DNA of 64,000 nt from Bacillota bacterium (GTDB taxonomy: Bacteria; Bacillota; DTU030), in the NCBI GenBank assembly GCA_012523785.1, contig JAAYTH010000014.1:8995-72994 (forward strand), read 5' to 3'. This document shows, in pieces, positions 46,954 through 57,334 of the stretch. A program made the translations under genes and the position numbers. Position 1 is the first letter of the stretch, and the number at the start of each line of letters is the position of its first letter. The notes beneath the pieces were generated by a model that was given only the letters and a program-made list of their open reading frames with translations, had not been told where the DNA came from and made no database searches.

Positions 46954-47972
46954 AAAGACTATCTGCGGCCTTTGGACCACCCGGGCAAGAGGGTGAGGTC
47001 CGGGACCTGTTGCGACGGGAAATAGGCCCCTATGTAGATAAGATCTGGACCGATGCTTTGGGTAACCTCTTGGCGGAAAAAAAGGGATTGGAAGAAGGGG
47101 CTCCCCGGGTTATGTTAACAGCCCATATGGATGAGGTTGCCCTTATGATAACCCATATAGAAGATACCGGCCTTCTGCGGTTTAAAACCATGGGGGGCAT
47201 TGACCAAAGAATATTAGTTTCCAAACCGGTTGTGGTGGGTGTGAAAAAAGTGCCGGGGGTTATAGGGTCGAAGGCGATACACCTGGTGACACCGGAGGAA
47301 AGGAAGAGGGCCTTCATGCTGCGGGATCTTTACCTAGACATCGGGGCCAGCTCCAGGGAAGAGGCAGAAAAACTGGTGACAGTTGGTGAAGGTGCAGTTT
47401 TTAACTCCTCTTTTTGCCTCCTAGGTGACAATCGGGTCCGGGCTAAGGCTTTAGACGACCGGGTGGGATGTTCTGCCTTGGTGGAGATTTTGCAAAGACA
47501 GTATCCGGTGACTTTAATCGCTGCCTTTACGGTACAGGAAGAGGTGGGCCTTAGGGGTGCTAGGGTGGCAGCCTTTGGCAAGGATATTGATTTAGCCCTT
47601 GTTTTGGAAGCAACTATGGCCTTTGATGTGCCTGATTCCAAACCCCATGAGACGGTGACCTACCTTGGAGGGGGCCCGGCCTTGACAATTATGGATCGCA
47701 CCCTCATTGCTGATCCTGCTTTGCTTGCTTCTTTGAGGAAAACGGCTCGGGAACGGAAAATTCCCTATCAACTACGCCGAACCGGTACCGGGGGAACCGA
47801 TGGTGGGGCTATCCATCTTACAGAAGATGGAATACCCACGGTGGTGATGGCTGTCCCCTGTCGTTATCTGCACTCTCCGGCTTCAGTCATAGAATTAAGT
47901 GACTACCACCATTTGGTGGATCTGACAAGTGCATTCTTGTCGGAGCTGACGGAAGGGAGGGCTGACAAATAA
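46944..47972 (+). CDS. M42 family aminopeptidase, paralog 3
   Basis: LTAHMDEVALMI, DDRVGC, QEEVGLRGA; GTG start overlapping the upstream gene. Confidence 0.8.
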   Translation: MLLKRLSAAFGPPGQEGEVRDLLRREIGPYVDKIWTDALGNLLAEKKGLEEGAPRVMLTAHMDEVALMITHIEDTGLLRFKTMGGIDQRILVSKPVVVGVKKVPGVIGSKAIHLVTPEERKRAFMLRDLYLDIGASSREEAEKLVTVGEGAVFNSSFCLLGDNRVRAKALDDRVGCSALVEILQRQYPVTLIAAFTVQEEVGLRGARVAAFGKDIDLALVLEATMAFDVPDSKPHETVTYLGGGPALTIMDRTLIADPALLASLRKTARERKIPYQLRRTGTGGTDGGAIHLTEDGIPTVVMAVPCRYLHSPASVIELSDYHHLVDLTSAFLSELTEGRADK

Positions 47973-48970
47973 TGAAAAACATATTGCAACGGCTAATATA
48001 TGCCTTCGGACCCTCGGGAAAGGAGGAGGAGATCCGTTCAGTTTTGAAAGAAGAACTGGCTGTTACAGGCCTGCAACTAAAGACCGATGCCCTGGGGAAT
48101 TTGATTGCTACCAAGCCGGGACAGGGTGGGCGCCTTATGTTGGCAGCCCATATGGATGAGATCGGTCTTTTAGTAACCCATATAGATGATAAGGGTTTCC
48201 TTCGCTTTGCCCCCATTGGGGGCCAGGACCCCAGGAATCTCCTCGGCTCCCGGGTGGTATTTGCCGATGGGACCATGGGCACAATTGGTGCTGAAACAAT
48301 CAAGGAAGCTAAAGACCTAAAGATAGACAAACTTTTTCTTGATATAGGTGCTGCCACCAGCGCCCAAGCCGAAGAAATAGTTCAAATTGGTTCCCCGGCG
48401 GTCTTTGCTCCTCATTTTAGCCATCAGGGGGATCGAATTATCGGTAAATCCCTTGATAACAGGGCCGGTTGTGCACTATTGCTGGCAGTCATCAGGGATC
48501 TGCCCCCGGTTGACTACCACCTGGATTTTGTTTTTACGGTGCAAGAAGAAGTGGGTCTACGGGGTGCCCGAACGGCGGCCTATCATCTTCATCCGGATCT
48601 GGCCTTGGCTGTGGATGTAACGCGAACCGGGGATACTCCTGAATCACCGCCTATGGCGGTTGAATTGGGTAAGGGACCTGCTATAAAAATTAAGGACACT
48701 TCCCTCATCAGCCATCCCCGGGTCCGGGACCTGTTAAAGGAGACTGCCCACTCCAGGGGAATTCCCTTCCAATTGGAAGTTCTTGCCCGGGGGGGCACTG
48801 ATGCCGGGTCCATTCATTTGAGCCGGGAAGGTGTTCCCAGTGGCGTCATTTCAATTCCCACCCGTTATGTGCACAGCCCGGCAGAGGTAATAGATTATCG
48901 GGACTTAACAAATGCTGCCAGCCTCTTATCTGCCTTTATGCAGCAGGAGCAATTATTTCCAGATTTATAA
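47972..48970 (+). CDS. M42 family aminopeptidase, paralog 4
   Basis: LAAHMDEIGLLV, DNRAGC, QEEVGLRGA; 1-nt stop/start overlap with the upstream gene. Confidence 0.8.
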   Translation: MKNILQRLIYAFGPSGKEEEIRSVLKEELAVTGLQLKTDALGNLIATKPGQGGRLMLAAHMDEIGLLVTHIDDKGFLRFAPIGGQDPRNLLGSRVVFADGTMGTIGAETIKEAKDLKIDKLFLDIGAATSAQAEEIVQIGSPAVFAPHFSHQGDRIIGKSLDNRAGCALLLAVIRDLPPVDYHLDFVFTVQEEVGLRGARTAAYHLHPDLALAVDVTRTGDTPESPPMAVELGKGPAIKIKDTSLISHPRVRDLLKETAHSRGIPFQLEVLARGGTDAGSIHLSREGVPSGVISIPTRYVHSPAEVIDYRDLTNAASLLSAFMQQEQLFPDL

Positions 48971-49105
48971 AGTTAATCACCAGTTCTATGGAGGGTCTTT
49001 ATTTTCCCGGCCGGTTTTCTTCCCGGGGAAAGGAAATACCTTACCGGAAGGCGAATATCAATCCCAGGGATGCAAAAGGAGAAATTGAATAAGGGGGAGA
49101 TTTTA

Positions 49106-51193
49106 TTGAAAGAGTTTGGGATCCAACAATTGCGAAATGTGGGTTTGATATCCCACGGCGGTGCTGGCAAAACTACTTTAACTGAAGCAATGCTCTTTAA
49201 TTCCGGCGCTACAGATCGCCTGGGCCGCGTGGATGATGGTTCTTCGGTAATTGATTACGATCCAGATGAAATAAAAAGAAAGATTACCCTTAATACCACC
49301 TTAGCCCCTTGCCAATGGCGGGGAAACAAGATCAATGTGGTTGACACACCGGGGTATGCGGATTTTGTCGGTGATGTCAAGGGTTCACTGCGGGTGGTAG
49401 ATGGGGCTATTGTTCTGGTTTGTGCTGTCTCTGGTGTTGAAGTACAGACAGAAAAAGTATGGCACTATGCGGATAAGTACAATTTGCCCAGACTTGTTTT
49501 TGTTAATAAATTAGAGCGGGAGAATGCTAATTTTTTCAAGGCTCTGCAGCAAATCCAGGAACAATTGTCTGGAAAAGCCGTTGCTTTGAATATCCCCCTT
49601 GGTAGTGAGGATAATTTTAAGGGAATTATTGACTTGGTGAACATGCAGGCCCTCATTTATGATAATGAAAAGGGTAAAGGATTTACCACTGCCGAAATAC
49701 CGGCGGAGCTCCGGGGGGAAGCGGAAGAATATAGGGAAAAATTAATTGAGGCTATTGCAGAAACCGACGATGAATTGGTTATGAAGTATTTGGAGGGTGA
49801 ATCCTTCACCCCGGAAGAAATTAATGCGGGCCTGCGGGCGGGCACCCTGGCCCATGATATTGTCCCTGTCCTCTGTGGTTCTGCCTTGGCCAACATGGGC
49901 CTAGAACCACTTTTGGATACCGTTGTGGCCTGTTTGCCCTCCCCCGGAGATGTTGACGCTGTTGTTGGCAGTGACCCGGACACAGAGGAGGAAGTGGAGG
50001 TTGAATTGAGTAAGGATGGTCCTCTGGCAGCCCTGGTATTTAAGACCATGGCCGATCCCTTTGTCGGCAAGCTGACTTACTTCCGGGTTTATTCCGGGGT
50101 GTTTAACTCCGATAGTCAGGTTTACAATGTTAGTAAAAAAAAGATGGAACGGGTGGGACAACTGTTTATTCCCCGCGGCAAGGAACAGGTGGCGGTAAGG
50201 CACATTTCCGCCGGCGATATAGGTGCGGTGGCCCGGTTGCAAGAAACAAGTACTGGGGATACCATTGGTGAAAGGGATAGGCCAATTTTGCTGGCCCCGA
50301 TTGAATTTCCCCGCCCTTCGTACTCTGTAGCCCTTTTTGCCAAATCCAAGGGGGACGAAGATAAACTTGGCACCGGATTGGGAAGGCTGATGGAGGAGGA
50401 TCCAACCCTCACCGTAGCCCAAAATACTGAAACCAGGGAACTCATTCTCTCGGGTATGGGTGATGTTCACCTTGATGTAACCCTGGAACGTTTAAAGCGG
50501 AAGTTCGGAGTAGAAGTAGATACGAAGGAACCCAAGATACCCTTTAGGGAGACTATCCGCAAGGCGGTAAAAGTTGAGGGTAGACACAAAAAACAAACCG
50601 GTGGGCACGGACAATATGGACATGTTTATATTGAAATGGAACCCTTAGCCGAAGGGGAAGGGTTTGTTTTTGAGGAAAGTATTTTTGGCGGTGCTGTTCC
50701 TAGACAGTACATCCCGGCTGTGGAAAAGGGTATCCGGGAGGCTATGGAGGAAGGTATTTTGGCCGGATATCCGGTGGTGGATTTTAAGGTCAACCTCTAT
50801 GATGGCTCCTATCACAGTGTCGATTCTTCGGAAATGGCCTTTAAAATAGCGGCCATACAGGCTTTCCGGAAGGCAATGGAAGAAGCTCAACCGGTATTGT
50901 TAGAACCCATAATGAATCTGGAGGTACTGGTACCGGATGCCTACATGGGTGATGTTATAGGTGACCTCAACTCTAAGCGGGGCAGGATCCTGGGGATGGA
51001 ACCCCAAGATGGGGAACAGCTGGTAAAGGCCCAGGCCCCCCTGACGGAATTATCCAAGTATGCTATTGATTTGAGATCCCTCACCCAGGGCCGGGGAAGT
51101 TTTGAAATGTCCTTTGACCACTATGAAGAAGTGCCAGCCCGTACTGCTGAAAATATTATCGTCCAAGCCCAGAAGGAAAGAGAAGGGGATTAG
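49106..51193 (+). CDS. EF-G-like translational GTPase paralog with non-canonical G motifs
   Basis: EF-G five-domain architecture. G1 is SHGGAGKTT. Switch II reads DTPGY, with Tyr in place of the catalytic His. G4 reads NKLE instead of NKxD. Likely TTG start at 49106 with a GGGGGAG RBS; the track ORF begins at 49070. Confidence 0.75.
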   Translation: MKEFGIQQLRNVGLISHGGAGKTTLTEAMLFNSGATDRLGRVDDGSSVIDYDPDEIKRKITLNTTLAPCQWRGNKINVVDTPGYADFVGDVKGSLRVVDGAIVLVCAVSGVEVQTEKVWHYADKYNLPRLVFVNKLERENANFFKALQQIQEQLSGKAVALNIPLGSEDNFKGIIDLVNMQALIYDNEKGKGFTTAEIPAELRGEAEEYREKLIEAIAETDDELVMKYLEGESFTPEEINAGLRAGTLAHDIVPVLCGSALANMGLEPLLDTVVACLPSPGDVDAVVGSDPDTEEEVEVELSKDGPLAALVFKTMADPFVGKLTYFRVYSGVFNSDSQVYNVSKKKMERVGQLFIPRGKEQVAVRHISAGDIGAVARLQETSTGDTIGERDRPILLAPIEFPRPSYSVALFAKSKGDEDKLGTGLGRLMEEDPTLTVAQNTETRELILSGMGDVHLDVTLERLKRKFGVEVDTKEPKIPFRETIRKAVKVEGRHKKQTGGHGQYGHVYIEMEPLAEGEGFVFEESIFGGAVPRQYIPAVEKGIREAMEEGILAGYPVVDFKVNLYDGSYHSVDSSEMAFKIAAIQAFRKAMEEAQPVLLEPIMNLEVLVPDAYMGDVIGDLNSKRGRILGMEPQDGEQLVKAQAPLTELSKYAIDLRSLTQGRGSFEMSFDHYEEVPARTAENIIVQAQKEREGD

Positions 51194-51218
51194 GGCCGGG
51201 GGTGGGGAGGAAGGTGCC

Positions 51219-51986
51219 ATGCACATACTAGTGACCAATGATGATGGTATTAATGCATCTGGAATAATTAGCCTTGTTAGTGAATTCACCCCCATTGCCA
51301 AGGTAACTGTTGTGGCCCCGGATCGGGAACGCAGTGCTACCGGCCATGCTATTACCTTCCATAAACCACTGCGGGCCGAGGAAGTTCAGCTGGATGTGGA
51401 GGGGGGAGGAAGGGCTTGGGCCGTCAATGGAACGCCCAGCGATTGTGTTAAGCTGGCCATAAAGGCTCTGCTCCCTGAGCCCCCCGATCTAATTGTCTCC
51501 GGGATAAACCGGGGCCCAAATCTGGGAACAGATGTCTTATATTCAGGAACCGTGTCTGCAGCCATTGAGGGCATCTTATTTGGTATTCCTTCCATTGCCG
51601 TTTCCCTGGCGGCCTTTACCGAATGTTCCTTTGCTACTGCCGCCCATATTACCAGAACCTTAATTCATCAAATAGGGGGCAGATCCCTACCCCCCCACAC
51701 TTTATTGAATGTCAATATTCCCCCGCTACCATTGCATAAATTGCGCGGTATAAAGATATCACGCCTTGGGTTTAGGGAGTATAAAAACATTTTTGAAGAA
51801 AGGCGCGATCCCCGGGGACAAATTTATTATTGGCTGGGGGGGCAAGTGGTGGATTGTGATGAGGAATCGGTAGAGGTTGATATTGGAGCGGTTAAAAAGG
51901 GGTATGTTTCTATAACTCCGGTCCATTTTGATCTGACCAATTATGAACTATTGGAGGAAGTCAAAACCTGGGATCTTTCTCTTTAG
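51219..51986 (+). CDS. surE: 5'/3'-nucleotidase SurE
   Basis: SurE N-terminus (ILVTNDDGI). Confidence 0.85.
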   Translation: MHILVTNDDGINASGIISLVSEFTPIAKVTVVAPDRERSATGHAITFHKPLRAEEVQLDVEGGGRAWAVNGTPSDCVKLAIKALLPEPPDLIVSGINRGPNLGTDVLYSGTVSAAIEGILFGIPSIAVSLAAFTECSFATAAHITRTLIHQIGGRSLPPHTLLNVNIPPLPLHKLRGIKISRLGFREYKNIFEERRDPRGQIYYWLGGQVVDCDEESVEVDIGAVKKGYVSITPVHFDLTNYELLEEVKTWDLSL

Positions 51987-52015
51987 GCCAACTGGCACGG
52001 AGGAGGGAAATTGAA

Positions 52016-53074
52016 ATGCACCCTATCTGGTGGGAAGATGGAAAGGTAGTATTAATCGATCAAACCCGGCTCCCCCACCGACGGGAAAACATTTGTTGCT
52101 CTACTTACCGGGAGGTGGGTGAAGCAATTAGGGGGATGCAGGTCCGGGGAGCACCGGCCCTGGGGGTGGCGGCCGCCTTTGGCTTCGTTTTGGCTGCCCG
52201 GGAATATGCAAACTTGTCCCGGGAATTGTTTCATAAACGGTTAGATGAGGTTGCCACCGCCTTGGCTGCCACACGGCCAACGGCGGTTAACCTTTTCTGG
52301 GCCCTGGACAGAATGCAGAAGGTCGCTGCCGAATATGTTGGCACTGATCCGCATATAATCGCTAATGAGTTGGAAAAAGCTGCCTTGGAATTGGCTACAG
52401 AAGACCGGGAAAACAATCGTCTGATTGGCAGATTTGGCCTTCAATTGGTTTGTCCCAATGCATGTATCCTCACCCACTGTAATGCTGGAGCCCTGGCAAC
52501 GGCAGGCTATGGAACCGCCTTGGGAGTTATCCGGGCCGCCCAGGAGGCAGGAAGGGTGGAGCGGGTCTATGTAGATGAAACGAGACCCCTATTGCAGGGT
52601 GCCCGTCTGACCGCCTACGAACTGCTAGAAGAAGGTATCCCAACTACTCTTATAACGGATAGTATGGCCGGTTACGTCCTACAACAGGGAATGGTGGACC
52701 TGGTTATAGTGGGGGCTGATCGAATTGCCGCTAATGGCGATGTGGCCAATAAAATTGGTACATACAGCCTGGCTGTTTTAGCCCAAGCAAATGATGTCCC
52801 CTTTTATGTGGCTGCCCCAGTATCAAGCTTTGATTTCCAACTTACCAACGGCGCACAAATTCCCATCGAAGAAAGAAGGCCCCAAGAGGTAACCCATTTT
52901 AGAGGGCAACCTGCTGCCCCAGTTGGGGTAGATGTCTTCAACCCAGCCTTTGATGTTACCCCAGCTGAATATATAACTGCCATTATAACTGAGGTGGGAA
53001 TATTGAAACCGCCTTATAAGGTGGGAATTGAGGAGTTAAAGGTACAGAGCAGAATGAAGGATGGCAATGGATAG
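52016..53074 (+). CDS. mtnA: S-methyl-5-thioribose-1-phosphate isomerase (eIF-2B alpha/beta/delta family)
   Basis: MtnA family similarity. Confidence 0.85.
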   Translation: MHPIWWEDGKVVLIDQTRLPHRRENICCSTYREVGEAIRGMQVRGAPALGVAAAFGFVLAAREYANLSRELFHKRLDEVATALAATRPTAVNLFWALDRMQKVAAEYVGTDPHIIANELEKAALELATEDRENNRLIGRFGLQLVCPNACILTHCNAGALATAGYGTALGVIRAAQEAGRVERVYVDETRPLLQGARLTAYELLEEGIPTTLITDSMAGYVLQQGMVDLVIVGADRIAANGDVANKIGTYSLAVLAQANDVPFYVAAPVSSFDFQLTNGAQIPIEERRPQEVTHFRGQPAAPVGVDVFNPAFDVTPAEYITAIITEVGILKPPYKVGIEELKVQSRMKDGNG

Positions 53075-53103
53075 TAGACAATGGGAAGATGGGAGGGGAG
53101 AGG

Positions 53104-54408
53104 GTGTCTGATTTATTGATCTCGGGGGGTACTGTAATTCCTGTAACCAAAGAAGGATGCCTATATGATCCGGGGGAAGTTGCCATCCGGGGCAATGAGA
53201 TATTGTATGTGGGGTCACCGGGGGGGAACCTACCCCAGGACTGGCAACCTCAACGGATAATCAGGGCCGAAGGGAAACTCATCTTGCCCGGTTTTATTAA
53301 TAGCCATACCCATGCCGCCATGAGCCTCTTCCGTGGCTATGGCGATGATCTTCCTTTACAGGAATGGCTAGAAAAGAAGATCTGGCCCGTGGAAAAAAGA
53401 TTAACACCGGATGCCGTCTATTGGGGAACAATGCTGGCCATAGCTGAAATGTTGTTGGCTGGTGTTACAACTTTTGCCGACATGTACTTCTTCCCGGAGG
53501 CCATTGCCCAGGCAGTGGCGGACACCGGGATTAGGGCCTCTATTGCCCTCGGTTTGCTAGGGGTCCAATCTGATTCCGCCGCCAACTTAGAAAGAGCCAT
53601 CCGGTTTTGCAGTGAATGGGATGGCGGTGCTTCGGGAAGAATTACCACCATGTTGGGTCCCCATGCTCCCTACACTTGCCCCCCGAAATTTTTGCAGAGG
53701 GTACTGGATGCCGCCCGGAAATTAGGGGTCGGCGTGCATATTCATTTAGCGGAGACAGAGGCGGAAGTGGGGGATATAAAAAAAGAATATGGCCTAAGCC
53801 CAATTGCTTACTTTTTTGCCCAGGAACCCGGCGATCTACACATACTGGCGGCCCACTGTGTACATGTGGATGAATTGGATATGAATATGCTGGCTGCAGG
53901 CAAGGTTCATGTGTCCCATAACCCGGGCAGCAACCTGAAATTGGCAAGTGGCATTGCCCCCATACCCCAATTACTGGCAAAAGGAGTACCGGTGGCCTTA
54001 GGTACTGATGGGGCCAGCAGTAATAATAATTTGGACCTGTTGGAGGAAGCACGGTTGGCGGCTCTTATCCATAAGGGTTATAGTGGGCAGCCTACGGTAA
54101 TACCGGCCAGAAAAGCACTGGAAATGGCCACCGTTAATGGTGCTGCCGCCCTGGGATTAGCCGGACAGTGTGGCTCTTTGAAAGCAGGAATGAAGGCAGA
54201 TATAATACTGATGGACCGGGAAAAACCCCATATGTATCCGGCAATCAACCCCCTTTCGGCATTGATATACAGTGCCAGGAGCAGTGATGTTGATATGGTG
54301 ATAGTTGATGGCCAGATCCTGGTTGAAGGTGGACAACTTTGCAAGTTGGACCTGGAAAAAATTATGGTCACGGCTGAAAAACATTCAAAAAAATTGTTTA
54401 CAAGCTAG
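53104..54408 (+). CDS. mtaD: 5-methylthioadenosine/S-adenosylhomocysteine deaminase (amidohydrolase)
   Basis: HTHAAMS metal-binding motif and MtaD similarity; GTG 53104 is preferred on RBS grounds, with ATG 53089 as an alternative. Confidence 0.8.
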   Translation: MSDLLISGGTVIPVTKEGCLYDPGEVAIRGNEILYVGSPGGNLPQDWQPQRIIRAEGKLILPGFINSHTHAAMSLFRGYGDDLPLQEWLEKKIWPVEKRLTPDAVYWGTMLAIAEMLLAGVTTFADMYFFPEAIAQAVADTGIRASIALGLLGVQSDSAANLERAIRFCSEWDGGASGRITTMLGPHAPYTCPPKFLQRVLDAARKLGVGVHIHLAETEAEVGDIKKEYGLSPIAYFFAQEPGDLHILAAHCVHVDELDMNMLAAGKVHVSHNPGSNLKLASGIAPIPQLLAKGVPVALGTDGASSNNNLDLLEEARLAALIHKGYSGQPTVIPARKALEMATVNGAAALGLAGQCGSLKAGMKADIILMDREKPHMYPAINPLSALIYSARSSDVDMVIVDGQILVEGGQLCKLDLEKIMVTAEKHSKKLFTS

Positions 54409-54746
54409 CCAACAGGAAATCAATTTGCGTTTATATCGCCCCAGTTTGCCAGGGGGAATAAATTAGAGTGCATTGGTATTGGATAGATACTGATAGTATT
54501 GCAAATAGTCCTGCAATGGGATTGCTTGTTCCAGCACTTGTACCTACAAGTACGTACCACTTCACTAATTTCTTCCCGGGGAGGGACTTCTAGCCCTTCT
54601 GTTTCCCGTCTTGATTTATTTTCTTTAATTATTTCTCACTGGCGGAAGGATATTGGGATTTTATAACGAATAGTAGTAATGTAATGAGTTTTGCAAATTG
54701 ACCCTCACGCAACATTAATAATAATCGAACTACGGAGGTGTAAATA

Positions 54747-55511
54747 ATGCACCCGGTTATCGGCATCACCTGCGCCCTCCAAAAGCCGGATGGCACAGGA
54801 CCGGTACCTACCAGCTTGACACCCAACTATTATGTGAACAGTGATTACTGTACGGCCGTGGAAGAGGTTGGCGCGATTCCCGTCCTAGTACCGATGGTGC
54901 AAAACAAAACTGTAATTGCCAAAATGCTAAAAAATTTAGACGCTATTATTTTTTCTGGGGGAGGCAACGCATTACCAAAGGAGGTGACCGAACAACCCTA
55001 CCTACCTAGTCTGGCGGAACAAAATCCGGAACGCTATCGTTTTGATTCCTATCTTATTCAACAGGTGCTGGACCTGGACATGCCTATGATAGGGATCTGC
55101 CGCGGACATCAGATGATCAATGAAGTAATGGGCGGAACAATCTATTCCAAGATCCAGACCGAGATTCCTGGGGCAAAATCCCATCATCAAGGGGATGTTT
55201 CGGGCGCGAAAGCCTGGCATGCAATAGACATCACGGAGGAATCTAAATTATCCCATATTTTAGGGGAAAATAATATTGAAGTAAACAGTTTCCATAATCA
55301 ATCTGTTTTTAAGGAAGGCAAGGGTCTAAAAATAGTAGCCCGGGCCCCCGATGGTGTGGTAGAGGCTATAGAAAGCCGGGAACATTCTTTTGTTTTTGGA
55401 GTGCAATTTCATCCGGAGAAAATGCGGGATGAAGCCTTTTCCCAAAGATTTTTTACTGCCTTTAGAGAAGCGGCCAATAATTATCGGGACTCAAAGGAAC
55501 CAAATAGATAA
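54747..55511 (+). CDS. gamma-glutamyl-gamma-aminobutyrate hydrolase family protein (class I glutamine amidotransferase, peptidase C26)
   Basis: GICRGHQ catalytic Cys motif and His near the C-terminus. Confidence 0.75.
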   Translation: MHPVIGITCALQKPDGTGPVPTSLTPNYYVNSDYCTAVEEVGAIPVLVPMVQNKTVIAKMLKNLDAIIFSGGGNALPKEVTEQPYLPSLAEQNPERYRFDSYLIQQVLDLDMPMIGICRGHQMINEVMGGTIYSKIQTEIPGAKSHHQGDVSGAKAWHAIDITEESKLSHILGENNIEVNSFHNQSVFKEGKGLKIVARAPDGVVEAIESREHSFVFGVQFHPEKMRDEAFSQRFFTAFREAANNYRDSKEPNR

Positions 55512-55719
55512 ATAAGTGCGGATCCCCGGTAGGTCGGGCCAATACTGGACAAATATGATATAATCCGTATAGAAAAAAACCAGCGACTATTTACTCGTCC
55601 TTGAACTTATGGGCCTGGTATTTCCGGGTACTTACAAATAAAAATAAAGGAGGGATAATGAGGGGGAACGAAGGTAGATACAAGGCATTGAGTATTCTGT
55701 CTCAAAAGGAGGTATATTA

Positions 55720-57309
55720 GTGGACAGAAAATGGTTAATTGTGGTTGCTTTTGTGCTGATTGCAGCCCTTTTTGGGGGAGTATTGGGCGGATGCGGGCCA
55801 GCAGACGAAGTAGAAGAAGAGGAACCTAAAACACTTATCGTCGGCTTAGCCCAGTCGGTTCTTACCCTAGATCCGGCCATGCATAGGGATCGGACATCAG
55901 AAACAGTTATCAGGAATATGTTTGACGGCTTGGTAACCAGGACCACCTCGATGGACATTGTTCCTGAAATTGCAGAATCATATACCCAGTTGACCCCGAC
56001 GGAATGGGAGTTTAAGATTCGGGAAGGAATAACCTTTCACAATGGTGACCCTTTGACTGCGGATGATGTTGAATTTACCTTTATGCGTATTTTGACCGAA
56101 GGCGCCGTTGACGGACAGTCTTCTCCGCGAAAGGGCCTCCTGGGCTCCCTGTTAAAGGTGGAAAAGACGGATGATTATACCGTTCTTTTTACCTTTGAAG
56201 AACCCTGGCCCATATTCCTCCGGATGCTGCCTCACCAGCAAATAGTGCCCAAGAACTACATCGAGGAACATGGCTCTGACTATTTTGCGGAAAACCCCAT
56301 CGGGGCTGGCCCCTTTAAGCTTGTTGAGGCAGCCCTGGATGAAAAAATTGTAATGGAACGGTTCGAAGATTATTACGGTGGCTCTCCTGAGATACCGCCA
56401 GTAGGGCCAGCCCAGGTTGATACTGCTATATTTGAAGTTATACCAGAAACTTCAACCCGAATTGCTGCTCTCCAAGCCGGCGATGTTCACATCATAGCTA
56501 ATGTGCCCACCCATATGGTTGATCAGCTGGAGGCGGATCCCAATATTGCGGTTAAGACCTGCACCGGGACCAACTTCTTCTCCGTAAGCCTGGATATGGA
56601 AGTCTATGAGCCCTTTAATGATGTACGGGTGCGCAAAGCCTTAAACCATGCCGTCGATGTAGATGAAATTATTGCTACAGTTATGGATGGCCTTGCCATA
56701 CGTTGCCCGGGCCCGTGTATTCCGGGTTCCTTTGGCTACAATGAGGCCATCACCGGGTATGATTACGATCCAGAAAAGGCAAAGGAACTGTTGGCCGAAG
56801 CAGGTTATCCAGAAGGAGAGGGTCTAAGTTTCGTCCTTGATACCCAGGATGCCCACAAGGACACAGCCGAAGCCATTGTCCAGTACCTAGAAGAGGTTGG
56901 CATAGATGTCTCGGTCCGGGTTTGGGACTGGGGCGTACTGAAGCCACTCCTGGATGAGGGCGGTGAAAGGGCGGCGGTATTCAGTAGCTGGGGGAACTCC
57001 ACCATGGAACCCCACGACCTTTTCGAGCCCAAGTTCGTATCCAAGCTAGATGATGTCCTGGGCCGTGGTAATTATTCCCGCTACAGCAACCCAGAATTTG
57101 ATGAACTCTTCTTTGAGACAACGGTGCTTATTGATGACAACGAGCGGATAGCAAATTATAAAATACTACAGGAGATGCTCTTTGAGGATGCTCCCGTTAT
57201 CTTTGTCTACACTCCCATGGTTGTAGAGGCCTGTTCGGCACAGGTGGAGAGATGGGAGCCGAGTCCCGACGGACGCATCAACCTCCATCGTGTAGGATTA
57301 AAAGAATAG
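55720..57309 (+). CDS. ABC transporter substrate-binding lipoprotein, family 5 (oligopeptide/dipeptide/nickel)
   Basis: Lipobox LGGC and SBP family 5 similarity; GTG start with an AAAGGAGG RBS. Confidence 0.8.
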   Translation: MDRKWLIVVAFVLIAALFGGVLGGCGPADEVEEEEPKTLIVGLAQSVLTLDPAMHRDRTSETVIRNMFDGLVTRTTSMDIVPEIAESYTQLTPTEWEFKIREGITFHNGDPLTADDVEFTFMRILTEGAVDGQSSPRKGLLGSLLKVEKTDDYTVLFTFEEPWPIFLRMLPHQQIVPKNYIEEHGSDYFAENPIGAGPFKLVEAALDEKIVMERFEDYYGGSPEIPPVGPAQVDTAIFEVIPETSTRIAALQAGDVHIIANVPTHMVDQLEADPNIAVKTCTGTNFFSVSLDMEVYEPFNDVRVRKALNHAVDVDEIIATVMDGLAIRCPGPCIPGSFGYNEAITGYDYDPEKAKELLAEAGYPEGEGLSFVLDTQDAHKDTAEAIVQYLEEVGIDVSVRVWDWGVLKPLLDEGGERAAVFSSWGNSTMEPHDLFEPKFVSKLDDVLGRGNYSRYSNPEFDELFFETTVLIDDNERIANYKILQEMLFEDAPVIFVYTPMVVEACSAQVERWEPSPDGRINLHRVGLKE

Positions 57310-57334
57310 GGTTTAAGCTCAAGTTGAAACAAAA

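Noticed and set aside
49901-50470. 189-aa ORF on the minus strand
   Set aside because: It is antisense inside the EF-G-like gene.
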